Assembly (NCBI GenBank): GCA_965637545.1
Contig: OZ281495.1
Location: 13,516,001 to 13,580,000 of the forward strand
Source of the DNA: Phallusia mammillata
Taxonomy: Eukaryota
Length of the DNA stretch: 64,000 nt
Direction of reading: 5' to 3'
The notes below the pieces were generated by a model. That model worked only from the letters and a program-made list of their open reading frames with translations. It was not told the DNA's origin and ran no database searches. Of this stretch, positions 1-14,600 are shown piece after piece. The position numbers and the translations under genes are program-made. Every line of letters starts with the position of its first letter. Position 1 is the first letter of the stretch.

Positions 1-518
1 AAACTGTAATGCTATTGTCACAAAATAATACAATGCGTTATTTTAAACCGGGTTACGAAAGTGAACACGATAGATAGAGTTTAGACAACTAAAATTAGAA
101 TGTTTTTGAATAAGCAAATTTAAAGTCGGTTATTTTTACGGATTTTTATGGGTTAATTTATACTTATAGCATTGGGGCAATTGTATGCTTTAGATGGAGA
201 AATAACAGGATATCTTTGAGGTAAATATCATCCAAAACCACGATTACTTTATGTTAGTAGTTTAAAGACTTATTAAAGGTGTTCAATGAGAACGTCCTTA
301 CTAACGACAAATTGGATTTGGATGCAAATGCTCATTATCTTGAAAATAAACCTGGGCCACTTAAGACATACAAAAATAAACACAACACGTGTTTTTGTTA
401 GGTCTAAGCAAACTAATTTTCTCCCAACTCATAGCAAAAGACACTAAACTAAGTAAACGAGATGCATAAAACTCCAGCATAAATATTTTGAGAGCATGAC
501 ATCCAAATGCAACATTAC

Positions 519-630
519 CTTGTTCCAAGTAAGAGGTTGTCATCTACGAATCGAACTTCTTGAACGTCCAGAATAGAACGAGGATCGCCTTCAGTTTTTT
601 TTCCAGTAAATCCTGCAACGTTTCTTAAAT
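519..630 (-). CDS. SEMA6: Semaphorin (class 6-like), coding exon 2, start of the Sema domain; gene continues beyond the left edge of the window
   Basis: Acceptor tttttgtttcag and donor AG|gtaatg. 112 nt, phase 1 to phase 2, open: (D)LRNVAGFTGKKTEGDPRSILDVQEVRFVDDNLLLGT(R). From recall this aligns to SEMA6A ...FVGHKPGRNTTQRHRLDIQMIMIMNGTLYIAAR. Not in the ORF track because it has no ATG. Confidence 0.8.
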
Positions 631-1582
631 CTGAAACAAAAACATTCGCATTTTAATTTTTGTTATTTACATTCTAAATACAAAGCCCACTTGGACAATC
701 ACAACTTTAGATGAACATTTCAAATAAGTTATTGGTAATATTTGACGAATGCCCAGCTCAATTTGCTCAATTGATGCAACAAAAAAGCAATTGAGCTTTG
801 TATGATACATGTGGAATTAAATGATTCTAATGGGCCAACCACAAAATCAAGCCACATTTCATAGCTGCGAGCAATTGGGAAAGGTTTTTCAAACAAAACA
901 GGGACTTATTCTGTCAGCCTGGATCGGTAACATAGTGGCATGATCCTATCGTGACCCAACGCACATCCCGTGATCTTCATGACACCACGGCGTTGCAATT
1001 TCGTTTCCGATAACGTAAATAAAATGCTGCGTTTAAACACGACATGACAATCACTATGTTGCTGTTATTAACCGGTTTTATTTATAGTTTTAAACAAAGG
1101 TTATGGTATTTACTTAACTAACCCTTGTTGCAATTTGGTTTATAATCACTCCTTTGTGATGTGGGCACAGTTTCGGTTTCTTTCATACTGATCAGCTGGA
1201 CGTGCCCATTTTAGGTATTTTACAGTCCAATAGCTCATGACTCTATAGTCTATACATTGCCTTTTAGGGCGAAACGAAACAAGCTGACCTAAATGGTCAA
1301 GTTTTGCTTAAAACGTACGAACTACTGCTTGTTTAAGTATCAAACTAAATTCTCTAGTGCACAGTAAGCTTTGTGGAATTTGTTTCCCCAAATTGGGTTA
1401 AGGACGGATCAACAAATATTATAACATAACTCATATAGTTTCAACATTCTAAAATGCATTATACACGAATTTAGAAAATACAAACAGTAAAAGACAAAGC
1501 TGGTAGATATTTTACAAATCGACGTTAGTGACCAGCCTGTTTTGCACAAATCATTCTGACAACAAACGGAAGCCCAACATAC

Positions 1583-1694
1583 CGTTAAGGTTCTTGACAA
1601 CGAGACGTGGTATTTGATCATCAGGGTAGGCAGCACTGCAGTAATTCCATGCGGCACAGAGAGTGAAGAAAATAACTACCCGCCACACAAGCAT
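1583..1694 (-). CDS. SEMA6: Semaphorin (class 6-like), coding exon 1, signal peptide
   Basis: MLVWRVVIFFTLCAAWNYCSAAYPDDQIPRLVVKNLN+G|gtatgt. Hydrophobic signal followed by YPDD (compare FPED in SEMA6A, from recall). The phase-1 donor matches the phase-1 acceptor at 630. An in-frame upstream ATG at 1751 would add 19 aa. Possible acceptor ttttaag|G at 1797. Confidence 0.8.
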
Positions 1695-4600
1695 CTTGAG
1701 AACTTCAGGCGCAAGATGTTGTATATTCCATGTAAAGTTGGTCTCATTCAAGTAAGAAGTGTTTTCGTTGAACTATCATCACTAACCAAAAAATCACCTT
1801 AAAATGCCAAAAAACGTATTTTCTTTCATCGTCGTGCTTAAGGGTATAAACGGCTCAGATTTGTTGCACTTGCATATAACACAGCCGCAAAACTAGTTAC
1901 ATGATGGCCTTACATTGTAGGCCTCAACATGCGTATATACACAAACAACCCTAGCTTTAATCCAACACGCAATTCAGCAATCTTTCACAGCAGGGTAGTA
2001 GCGTTGATGTATTGCAGTCACTTGCTGCTTTACATAGCTAATCTGTCTCTTAAACTGCTGACTGGGACCGACCCGTGTAACGGTGACATGCACATGCAGT
2101 CACACATAAGACAGCATGGATATGAGAAAGAAACTCTTGTGCTGTCAGTAGGATCATTTGATGCGGCCTGAACGGAAATTACTAAGTTCCGTTTGCCTCT
2201 GTGCGCGTCATTAACAAAATATATAAGAGTTGTGGGTTGATGTGCTATTGTTAGGTGAGATTTGCATTGATACCCAAATGCATACTGATTGTTTTTTCAA
2301 ACGAAACTGGCTGTTTGATTAGGCTATATTAAGGCATAGACTTTTTAACTTGCAGTTATATTATATCAGCTGTTGCTGCCAGGCATAATATCAACTTTAT
2401 AGTTGTAGTTCCATTGTTAGTATTTCATTATGGGACATATGTCAAAAGTCTCCCTACTATCAAAGACTCTATTTTACAAACAAACGTACAATATCAAACG
2501 CAACAATTTGATTACATTTCTTGATTACATGATTACAAAATTTTGACACAAATACAACAACTTGTTAATCCCACTTGTCACATTTTAGCCAGCAACTAAA
2601 ACTACACTTTTTATAAACTGGCTGGTTTATTTTAACGTCGAGGTCTACAAAGGATCGGAAATCCCAGGGCGGACGCAAAACAGAGGAAGCACGTTTTTTC
2701 TAAGCCTTAACCCTGTGTGACCTTTTGTTTTTACGAACTGACGTCAGTAGAAAATACTCAACAATAATCTGCCACCCTAGGTGCTAACATGGTCAGGCTA
2801 CACTTGGCAACCAAAACAAATCTGCGTTTTTATCATAGTGAATAAAGCTCGTGCTTATAAACAACACAGGAGCCGTATTGCAAGTAGATATAGCCAATTC
2901 GTTTAGTTTAAAATTACCCTCGTTTGGGGTTGCTTTTTTGTGCTGCCTCACAGCAAAAAGATTTTTGCATTTAAAACAGGCTTGTCATCCTTCACTTTCT
3001 GGAAATGCTGACTATTTCACCAAGATTGGTATACTGGTGTATCAGGCAGCTATTTCTGATGTAAACAATCAAATAAACTTCAACTCGCTTGAATCTTAAC
3101 AAAATCAAATCCTTAACTACTCAAACCTGTAAATTAACACTCGCGCAGACACTTTGCATGTTTTTCCATGCACGTCCGATCAGCAGGTACAACGTTTGAA
3201 CGTCTGGGCAAGAAAACTGTTGCCGGTGGTCGATAGAACGCCAGCTGTTGTTCCAGCGTCGGGCGGGAAAATCAATTATTCAAAGCGCGTTTCGGTGCAA
3301 AAGCGCACGAGGTGGGCCCACGAGCAGACAAGCTGACTGGGAGCTTTGGTGTGGGCGAAACGGAGCGGAATCAAGCTACATACAGATTAGAATTAGATAG
3401 ACTTATCACCGAAACACAAGTAGGCTACCTGATAACAGGAGTGCTTTCAACACTTGCCTTTTAAAGCTGTCATTCTGTTTAAAATAGTGCTTGGGCCGCT
3501 AAAGTGAACGTCGCGTATTGAAATGTAATACTTTTGTATTGTTGTACCATGTACAGTATTTGATATTTAGTGACAACTCTTCTCCATGAGTGTTCGAACA
3601 ATTTTTTTATTCAATTTGATTCCCATTTTCGCCAAATGTGAAACCTAAAAGCTGATAATTACAAATTCCGGTCATTTCGTTTGTGGTCTTGATGTGGGCC
3701 AGGTCCCTCAAAACATTCATTCAACTGGTTGGCCGCTCACATGCAGTACAACGGTGAGCTGCAGCGCGTCTACAACCCATCCACTTGCCACGTTTTTGCG
3801 CTCGATAATGTGCAATGTTGCGCAGCTATTTCCGGCTTGGTGATTGTTTTGCTGTATTTTCGTTCACCAAGAAAAATAAACTGAATCAACTTAACTCACC
3901 TCATTCCCTTAACTTATGCTCGCTCTCACAACGCCCATATTACCAAACCTTGACGCCACCATTCGGATATTTCAGTTCCATTTCTCAACGCATGGTGGCA
4001 GTACAGATACCAAAACTGTACGATGAAACGAAACTGCGTTTTTTATTCACAAAGTACAAGAGAGGAACCGTGTACCGAAACAATGGAAGCGGAACGAAAT
4101 AAGCAAAGCCCATTACAACGATTTCGGAACACATAGTGCACACAATAATACTGATCAAACAAATGTGAAATTCGTATTGGGAATGTCAGTACTTTTGTTA
4201 GTCATTTTAGTTTTATTTCGGTTGGACTTGTCGCAATGAAATACTGCGACTGGTACTTCAATTTAAGAAGCAATAGGTTTGCTCTGGATAATTGCCTACA
4301 GAAAGCATAGGCCTTAAAATGTTTTATACAACAAAACGAAGAAACAAAACATTTAGCTTTGAATCAATGGGTAATGCACAAACGGTTTTGCACAAAACAA
4401 AAATGACTTGCCAAATTACGATTTGCGTGCAGAGACTTGTTACATGTACGAAAATACAAAAATAGAAACTATTAAGTTACGAAAAACCAACTCATGCAAC
4501 TTAGCAAAGCACTAACTATGGCAGCTTAAATGTGACGCAAAAATCGCACGAAACAATGTGAAAATGCTGCAACACTGAAAAAGCATTCCAACGTATTAAC

Positions 4601-5553
4601 AGGTCATCGTGCAGTGTACATGGGCTGTTATAAGGTGTAACAGAAGAGGACAGAAGAGTTGTATGCGAGGCCACAAGCGGAAAAAAAGATATGAAGAAAA
4701 ATCTCGAACTTTCCACGGGCGAACAGGATAGGTGCAAAGCGAACTAGTGGTTATCGTATCACTGCATGGGATGAGAAACAAGGAACTTTTTACGCAAGCA
4801 ACACCGTCCGGGGTTTTGGGCCTGGCCTTGGTTTAGTTTGTATTTAAATTACTCAGTTCCACCATGTTAAATGTTCGTAATTTACCAAAATACAATCATC
4901 ATATACATCAAATGCAATACAACGTTAGATTGTAATAATCATATCCAATTTCTGACGGGTATGATTTTCATCAAACAACTGCTGTAATACAATTTAAAAC
5001 GTTTTGTATCGAATATCTATTAGGAGACTTTTCCAATACTCATTAAATGGGCATGTTAACAGTTTGAATTCTAAGTTATTGATGCCTCCATAATGTGTTA
5101 ATATGGTGTCAGTACAGAGGAATGATTAGCAAAGGCGGGGATGCATGACTACAGTACAATGCTGAACAAAACGTGGTGGGAGCAAACGGTATAAACGCCG
5201 CCAGTTTTTTTGCTTTCAAACGATTTTCTGTTACGTAATTTTGACGACGTCACACAATCAGTACACCTTGTGAAAGTTGCCATATGGGAGATATACATAT
5301 GCTGATAGGTCTTACAATTGGGTGTTAATGGATAAGCATACTTACATGTTGATTGTGTATGAGCTTACAACGCGGTCGAGAGGAGGTCACACAGAATAAA
5401 TACTCGTTACAAATACAAAAGAAGAACAAAGAAAAATGTAATCAACCATCCGTCAGCCGGCGCTGCGACTCGCGGCGAACGCACTCAAACGCACACTCCG
5501 CGCTGCGTCATAGGTCACGTGAGATGGCTTGGTAGTCTCGACGCAGTCCCGGG

Positions 5554-5699
5554 TCACTTGCGGAAGGTGATGGTCGAGTCTGGCGACGAATTGTGCTGGA
5601 AGCAGGTCAGGCAACACATGGTTCTGTAGTAGGTGTATGAGCAGAATCTGGCCCGTAACACAAGCTGGCAGTTGCGCAGGCGATCCGTGCAGTTCGGAT
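5554..5699 (-). CDS. THSD4/ADAMTSL4-like: ADAMTSL exon 16: PLAC domain and stop
   Basis: cttatacacag|AT; (D)PNCTDRLRNCQLVLRARFCSYTYYRTMCCLTCFQHNSSPDSTITFRK*. PLAC six-Cys pattern C-D...C..V.....C....Y...CC..C. Confidence 0.93.
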
Positions 5700-8600
5700 C
5701 TGTGTATAAGCAAGAATTGACGTTGGAACGCGCCCAGCGCGCGGCAAAGCAAATGCCAATTGAAAGTTGCATGCACAATCCACACATTGTATGTCAGGGA
5801 TTTTCAATCCAGGTTCTAGCGTCCAATTGCAAAATGTTTTTTGATTTTTTAAACAATTATGTGGACGGTTGGCACTTATGTTTATGTCAAGTAAGATGTG
5901 CGAGCGAAACGCCTACTGCTTAAAACGTACCATGTCTAAGTTCGCTATAAATTAAGAATCCCAAGGTGTCGTATACATATTGTTGGTGTTAAAACTGTAG
6001 AGAACTTGTTTTTCACATTTATGACAAAGTAGATTTAAAAGCGCAACCCAGACTAATTAGCGCAGCTAAATTAGGCAAAGCAGAAAAATTGCACACTTTA
6101 GCCATTGCTGCCCATATGAAAATATTTGTACCAAACGAATGTTGGCAAAATGTGAGCATTCAAACCGCAAAACACGGTAACCTTCAACACCACACAGCAG
6201 AAAGCATTCCAATCTCAACACACATCATACAGAATTCACAGATTGCAAATTCATCGTGACCGCAGCACACAAAAACCGCACCAACACGAGTCCGCAGGCG
6301 CAACGCGAAGCAGCTGTAATAACAACTCGTAAACGAGAAACGGGCTTATTGGATGATCTTATGCGATGAAATCAGCCTGTTATCACAACTTGCTTTTCCA
6401 GCAAATGAAAAATCTCAGCCACGGAGCCGGCATGTTTTGCTTGGCAAGCGACGAATCTTACAGTTTGTTGTTGCAGGGCTGGAAGGGCCAACCCAAGGCG
6501 ACAGGTCTTTACTTGGATAGATTTATGTACGTTGGTTATAACGAGTTATTAACGTTAGTATGCGGTTTACTTTCTTGTGTGCTTTATAACTGTTTACGAC
6601 TTCCGCGTTATGCTATATTTGATAGTTTAAAACGGTTCCCCCTGTTCGTAATCATCTTTGAACTAAACCGACGTATGAGTTAATGCAAACTTCTTTAGGC
6701 GCAGTTGATGTTTAACATAGAGTGATGTCGTTAACCAAACAAGCGTAATTTGTTGATGATATGCCACCGTAGTTTTTCGCAGGCAAGTAGTTTAACTTTT
6801 TGTACATTAAGCCCCACACATGATTCACTATTACGATTCAAATATTATCCCAAATAATGTTTTCCAAAGTAGCAATACGAGAGCATCACAAAACGCCAAA
6901 CGCTTTAATATAAGACAATGAAACAGGACAGTTTGTTGCAGCACGAGCAATTATCGTGCCTGAATGATAAGATGCAGGTCTTGCAAAGCAGCTCGTCAAG
7001 GTAATTGCCAAGAACGCGTTTCCACACTAAAGCCACCGCACTAACGTTTTGCACCCTACAATTACAACTTACCGTGAACTGAGACGCAGTTAGCGGTGTT
7101 GCATCGCTCCGAGTCACGTGGTCTCTCGTTCGCCGCACATAAGTCGCTGTAGTCGCCGTGCTCATCCAAGCATTGCACGTCACGTGACCGAGTACCGCCG
7201 TTGCACGATGCAGTGCACTGTAAGGAAACATGACGAGTCAATTTCGTCGAGAAAAGCGTCGTAATAGTCAGGTCGGACTTGAATTTCACTCTACCTTATT
7301 TACTATGCAATCGCATGCAGGTACAAATCCTGTAAATTATTATGTAACCGAGACCGCCAAATTGGTTTATTCCATAAACATAAATTTCAGGCTATTCCAA
7401 AACTTTAGGATTTAGGACGGCTTGAATACAGATCAATCTCCGACACATAAACGCAAAAAATGGTAATGTTGTAAGATTTTGTTTTCAAAAAATCATAATC
7501 ATCCAGAAATAAAGATGTTCAAAGGAACTTGATAGAGTAATCTATTTCTAAGCGTTAAGTTTCTTTCTAATTTTCTATTTTGGGGGGGAAATCTGTAATC
7601 CTATTCAACAGTTTAGGATGATTAGCTGAAATATTCAAAGCCCTGATTGAAAACATGTTCTGGTAAATTTTAGTTTAACTACCTCTGTCCATTGTGTGTG
7701 ATACCATCGTGAGCCACAGGACTGAGTGTTACAGGGTTGCTCTACATCAGGTTTCTCAGATTCGTTACACGGTAACTGTCCGTCTGTTTCTTCGGTGGAG
7801 CCCGTTGATCCGTCAGGGTTCACTCGCAGACAGACCACGCGTCTCTCCTGCACACCGGCTCCACAATTGCTTGAGCACTGCAAAAATACGATAAATTACA
7901 TAGAATAAAAAGTACTGGACTGTAAAGAAAAATAAAGGTGTTAAATGCCCGGTATTTTGATTTTGCGTTAAGCGTCTATTTTGCATACTTTTGTACATAA
8001 CAAATTTCTTGACCTATCAAAAGCAAAAAGAAGCTTTTACGATAAAATAAAGGTACAGTGTTCAAATGTAGACTTGAATTTTCAAAACAGTAAACATCAA
8101 TACCATCGCTAAATTTAAATTGGTCTCGGAACGTGCAATACACATAACTGAAATTTTCACTTCCGGGATTAGGTACCTGAGCATTGGCCAGGCCCAACGA
8201 TGGATCAAATACAGCACTTGATGTCTATACACAAAACGCACCTCGCTTTGTGTTCTGGGAAATTAGTTACAGTAAATGTTAAGGTCCATATATGGATTGG
8301 CGGTCTTTTGTTACATCCGTGCTATTCAACGCAAGAAGTGCCATCTCAAATGACGTTCACAATCACATAAATAGCATTTTACGCTTATCATTTTTTGGGG
8401 GAAACAATACTGTACTTCATCGGGTTAAGGTAGAAGCGTTTATCGTGTCTTAGATGTAGATATAGATCTAATTGCATTTGAAATATGCACAAATGGACGA
8501 CAGGTGACTTTTTTAAATCCATTTACCCCCTTCCAAGACCGGAACAAGCGTTATCTAAATTACAGGGCCGGTGGGTGCCTAATATCAAGCTTTGATCCCG

Positions 8601-11600
8601 CTAATGGCACTCAATTTACCGGACCACTGGGCCCCGCTGGTCGGCCCCACGCAGGTAAAACCGCTATCAGTGTTGCTTAGGCGGCAATTTGCACAAGCAA
8701 ATGACAATTTAAAGCGTAAAAAATAAGCCGCGTTTGATCAGATCAAGGCATTAGCTCCCTGTGCCCTTTATAGATGGTTCTGCCTCGGGGTAAAACGATT
8801 CCAGGCTCACAAATTTTGTAGATGATGTAAAGAATGTTTGCGATTCAGTTATTTATGTGTGGTATAAATTTAAAAAAAATAATCTTGGAGGCAACAACAT
8901 ACACCACAGGTATTGATCATTTTGTTGAGATGACCAAATTTGGACTTTACTGTTTCAACGTTTTGAGAAAAAAGTCTTAATTTCGCCAACATTGTCAACC
9001 AACCGTCCCATTTTGTTTTCGCTGGGGTATCTGTCGACAACAGTATAGCAAAAAGAAGCAATGTTAGCGTTTACTCCAGTTAACCGATGCAGGGACGCAC
9101 CTACATTTTTTGACGTTCCAAGAAAAGGCCAGCAAACGAGGTTTTAATGATCCGGCCAGTCGAACCAAAGATTGAAATCTCGTTTGTGTTATATTGTGAA
9201 AGCGGTTGGTTCTATCTTTAAAACCGTTGTTTTCGTCCATAACAATATCAAATGTCGGTAATGCACTCATGTTTAACGACACGTTATGTTACATGTCCAA
9301 ATATGTAACCAAACTCTTGTTTAGCTGCACTTTAAAATGAGGACTCGATATGAAACGCACAGTGTTGAAGTCAGCAAGGAACAGTTGTTGTATGCAAACC
9401 AGGCAAAAGATCAGCTTTGGATTACACGCAAATTTAAGGTTACCAGGTCAGTTACCCCTGCACTATTTCTGGACACAAGGGTGGTTTACTGTGGGCGGAA
9501 CGTCCGAAGGGATCTTAATCGTGCACAGGTCGGGTGTGTGACGTGGATCAAGATAAGCAGTTTGATTGACGTGAGCACACAAACCGACGTTTGTAGCCCT
9601 TTGATCCGATATAGGGAATTAGCCAAAAGGTGACCCCCAAAACGCAGAATTTACACTGAGGTTAAAACAACCTGATGAAGTGTTCTGAAATAGCCAAAGA
9701 GAATCTTCCTGATTTTTTACACTTGGTGTTAATGCCTAGCGGTTAGTGTAGTAATAGGATTAAAGGGATGGTGTCGGTCTGTTTTCGTGGTCAACCAGAC
9801 TTGTGTTTACACGCATTAGGAACAACCCTAAACACTCGACGAACACTGAGGCATGCGGCAGAAGCTCTGTAATTAAGATCCGTGGGATGAAGGTACAATT
9901 TGGGTCCTTAAGCGCAAGCAAACATTCTCACCATAACGAGTTAGGGCACCACACCAGAATCACGCACAGTTCTAAAGTGTCCAACATTCTTTCACGTAAC
10001 CACTCCCAGGCCAATTGTTTTACCCACTACGTCTGGTTTGTCTAACCATGATAAGTTGGGATAATTTATCAAACCGGGGTGACATTGTGTTGAGCTACTG
10101 TTCCTTTTAATTGGGCGGTGTGGTTTATTCAGCCTAATTTTAAATTTAATTTATTTGGGACTCGTTTGATAATCATTGATAAGTTTCTGGTGAGAAAGAC
10201 TAGCATGGTCGAAACGTGTTTTTAATGCAAACAAGATGTTAGCTTTAAAAAAGCCAAAACCGCAAAAAAATAAGAAAAACTCCGCAGGTCAAATCAATTT
10301 GTAATTTGTATCCTCTGTCAGAAACACGCTGTAAGTTTGCACGGGCCTACATCGTTTGAATGATTAAAAGCAAACACTCCACAACACGCACTGGTAATAG
10401 GATTCGATCAACCCCCAAAAGCAATCATTTGTTTCGAATCCTTGAAGATCTGTTTGCGATGCATTTAAACAACAAGTGGACCATGGCGCCACGTTGAAAC
10501 GAGTACTTGCTTACCCAGCCCCTATCTGAGCCTACAAGTTGTGAAAAGACCACCCCGGAAATTTTTAGACGGTTAAGGCGCTTGCGTTATTTGCTCAAGG
10601 ATTAGTTTCGGGCTCTGGAGCTTTGCTTGCAATGCCAGAACTTCAAAGTGTTGCGATAAGGATGGAGTTATAAAGTTCGGGTGGTTCACTGTGGTTTCAC
10701 GGGCAAGCGTTGTGTTTCGATTGTGTGTCCCAGTGAATCTGTACTTTAGAGGCCAATAGCTGTCCTTTGACAACACGGAATGCTAGAGACCAAACATCGT
10801 TGTCAACTTCTAACCCAAGTTCAACCCCACACAATGTTTCAAGACTCAGGATTGGTATTATGGAAATTTAAAGTAATTGCTTTATTGGTGGAATTTCAAC
10901 AGAACGTTATGAAGTAATTTATGTGTCTTGTGATCAGGAATTCGTGGAGATGACTTTGAGTAACGTTGTGCAAACATCACACATTCGATTGCGGTTAGAA
11001 AGAAGATTAATCAATACGTTGTTGAAATGCAACCCCTATCCGAACAATCTTATCAGCAAACATCGTGTTTCTCTTGTTTTCCAACAAAATCATCGTTTAG
11101 GGCCACGCCGTTCTCAAACAAGCAATTATTCATATTTGAACGTGGTTTTGGCCAGGACGGAAATCGAATTTGAAATGGGCTTGACCCGTGCGCCGCGCAT
11201 TCATCACGTAAGCTCCCCTTGACGATTGACGGGGAAAAGAGATAACGATCGCCGCGGAAAACGCGTTCCAGAGCCGGGCTTTCACAAGCTCAAAGCCACT
11301 GTTTACAGTTTGTCAGACACGATCTATCATTGATTGCAGCAGGCTCGCTTTACAAATCCTTACAACACAATGCCAGGGAAATAAATTTGAACGAAAGCAC
11401 TTGATATTTGTTCTAACAGGTTCATTGCTTGTGCTCATCAAATACCACCAAGGCTACATTAGTCACTCGTTTATTGCCACCTTGTAAGGTTTCCCAGGAA
11501 ACACAAAATGAATCTATTTACCTAATGTAAAACAAATATGAGGGTCGTTGCGCTCGCAACAAGATTTAGTTCAGAAACTACAGTTGCTAAATATGTATTT

Positions 11601-14600
11601 AAAGTTCTATACCAAACGTTACTTTGGAAATCTCAGCCCGTTAAAACGAGATTAGTTACCTGATGATAGGAATAAATGATATGTACATCTCATACAATAA
11701 CGCACAACGCCTTTGTATTCGCTGACTTAATGTTGATAATAGTATTCAAACCAACGCGAAATAATGAACCAGAGTCTTGTAGATAAACAGAATTCTACTC
11801 AGACTTACCGATCCCCACTTTCCAGCGAACCACTCGTATTTGATTCCGCATGATGTTCTCGCACAAGTTCTGGTTTCATGCGGCTGAGTCCGGGCTGGAC
11901 AACCGGTAGATGATTGGGCTGTGTTCAGACAATGCACGTTACGACGTTGCACACCTCGATCACAGTCTGATGAACACTGCGGAGAACAAGATTACATGAT
12001 AACCAGCACTGATGCCTTTCAAGCGTGTTTCAAACAACTTGCTTTTTTAAGTGGTCAAAGCGTTACGGCCTACAGGGTGGGTTAATGCAGCTACATATTT
12101 GTCACATATCAGTACACAGCATAAAAAATGGATGTGTTTCTTTACATATCTGTAATGTAATGCCGTAGACCCAGATAAGACATTAATTACTATCATAAAA
12201 TCAGAAGATCCCTACTCAGAACATATGTATATTGTATAGCATACTTAAAATTGCAGATATCTCAAATTACCTCTCTCCATTTAGTGACGAACCACTTGGT
12301 GACGCAAGGTCCGGCGTCACACTGACGTACGTGTGCTGGCCTCCTTGCATTAGAGCAGGCTGCCTCGGGGACTGTTCGTCCTTCACCGTCTTTACATTCC
12401 GTTCGTCGCGTTTGGCTCCCCGTTGCACACTTAACGTTGCACTGATAGAAAAATACAAAAGGAATTGGTATCACAAACATTTTGTGTAACTTTAAGTGCG
12501 TTTCCAAAACTATTAATCTACCCCGTCTATTGTAAAGTTTTTTTTTCCAGCAGGTTTTGAACAAAAAGCTTAACATAAGGTATTTGTACATTTATCATAG
12601 TTATTTTACTACCAGTATCCGTTTAACGAGAAATTTCAAGAAAAGGATCCGTAAACAGATGGAAACCGACTGAACCATTAGTTATTGGACACCCACAACT
12701 GTTATCGCTCACCTTTGACCATTCGCCTGTAACTTCCCAACGGGCGCACTCCTGTATCTGGCAATGTTCGTGGCTGTTCGGCTTCGATAAACGACCACAC
12801 TTCTGGTACATAACAGCCGAAGTAAAGTTACCGGCAAACCTTTGACGACAAATCACCCGCCGGGTCTTCCGTCCCATTCCACAAGACCGTGAGCACTCTG
12901 ACCAACTGCCTACGTCATAGCTGTGACGTAAGAAACCCGGTTAGTTTGTAAAACGCTTGTGTTATATACAGTGACTTACAAGGGTGGACAAGGCTGACTG
13001 TTGCATTGCTTGATCTTAGGTTTCGGTTTTGGTCCAACACATTGACTGTCATCAAGAACTTGTCGAGTGGATTGCACCAGGCAGACAAAACGTTGGATTT
13101 TGACTCCTTTAAACAGACAACACCTAGTTTAACTTATGACTGTATTCCCACACACAAGACGAGGACAGAAATTTACTGAACCTCATTTACGAGATATCTC
13201 TCATTTAAATATCGCCTTTTTGAAATGAGAAAATACTGTTTATTTTGTCTTTGCTTCGGTACAGGCAAATCCACAAATAAAAAAGCTAACGAAAGTATAC
13301 TTTGCTTGTGTAAACCACATTTTATCAATTTGCAAGCTATATAAAACACATAGTTGGTAGCAAACATACCTTGGGCGCAAGATTGCGAACAGGGGCCATA
13401 TCCTCGTTTTGTCCAAGCGGTAGATCCGTCAATAGTTTGCTGTCTGTTAATAATCTGCAGGGAGCGCCTTGAATTCGTGTTTCCATCCGCTGGATCGACA
13501 GATGTATCTACGTCTTCGACACTTGTAGGACGCCCCCAATATGGCGTGTTGCGATTGGTCCCAATGCGGGGCACGTGACTGAACATACGTCGGTGACCGT
13601 AGTAGCCGTTTCTCAGGGGGGTACGGTAAGGGGGTGATTCGGGGTATGGACGTGGACGTGATGCAGGAGGCCGAACTGGGGCGGGGTTGTAGGGGTTATT
13701 CAGGTTCAAATCGCCGCCTGCGTCTAATCGCTGATTTTCGCGTGGATTTGGTCCGCTGGGAGGCGCCATTTGTTTGGGAATGATGAATTCGTAGCGGATA
13801 CCAGGGTGACTGCCTTGATAAAACACCTGAAATTGATGAATTCATGGTCAGTGACTTGGGTTAGTTTTCGGATTTGCACAAGATGATTGATTTCAAGCAT
13901 CCTAAAATTGTAAATGAAGGAGCTTGAAAGTTTGACACTTTGTTATAAGGATTTCCGCAGTTAGGTAACGTAATCTATCTGGTATAGCTCAGGCGAAATC
14001 AATTAGCAAATCAATCATACGAATAGAATCAGCTATTGGATTCCGCTCAAAATATGAGAAGAAAGCAAGACGAAAACCATATTAACTAAAGTAGGTTGCA
14101 AAGACATTGCAAACATTTTCGTAGAAGCAATATTTATTGAAGTGATATCTATACACTTTTAGCCTACAGTTGTGTAGTTACAAATGGACATTAACTATCA
14201 ATGTATTATTCTAAACTGTGACCCGCTTTACATATACAAAAAATCCTGACCAAAAGTTTGCAGTCAAGTACAAAAAAGAATAAACATGGAAGAATAAAAC
14301 AGCGGAAACTCAGCGGAAACACGCAAATTGTGTCTGCATCTGCTGAAGCAGCAAGACCACCATCGCCACAACAGAAGGCATCCGAGAGTCAAGATTAGGA
14401 CCACCGCAAGATGTTTTTCGTAGAACAACACATGACTAAACGCAGGTCGATGTGGGTTGCGAAAGGTAAACATGGCGCTGTGTCAGACCCGTGCAACAGT
14501 GAGGTGCAGTTACTATCCAAACCGAACCTCGGTGCCTCTAAGTCCGTAGTTCGCAACTTTAGGTGAAAAATAGCAAAATATCGCCCAAAAGCTGCTCATT

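Noticed and set aside
10515-10531. 17-nt minus-strand segment flanked by tag and gtaagc (possible poison microexon)
   Set aside because: It shifts the frame, the pyrimidine tract is modest, and such pairs are expected by chance.
14264-14473. Hydrophobic ORF as another alternative signal exon before exon 9
   Set aside because: No credible phase-0 donor was found and the frames run to stops.
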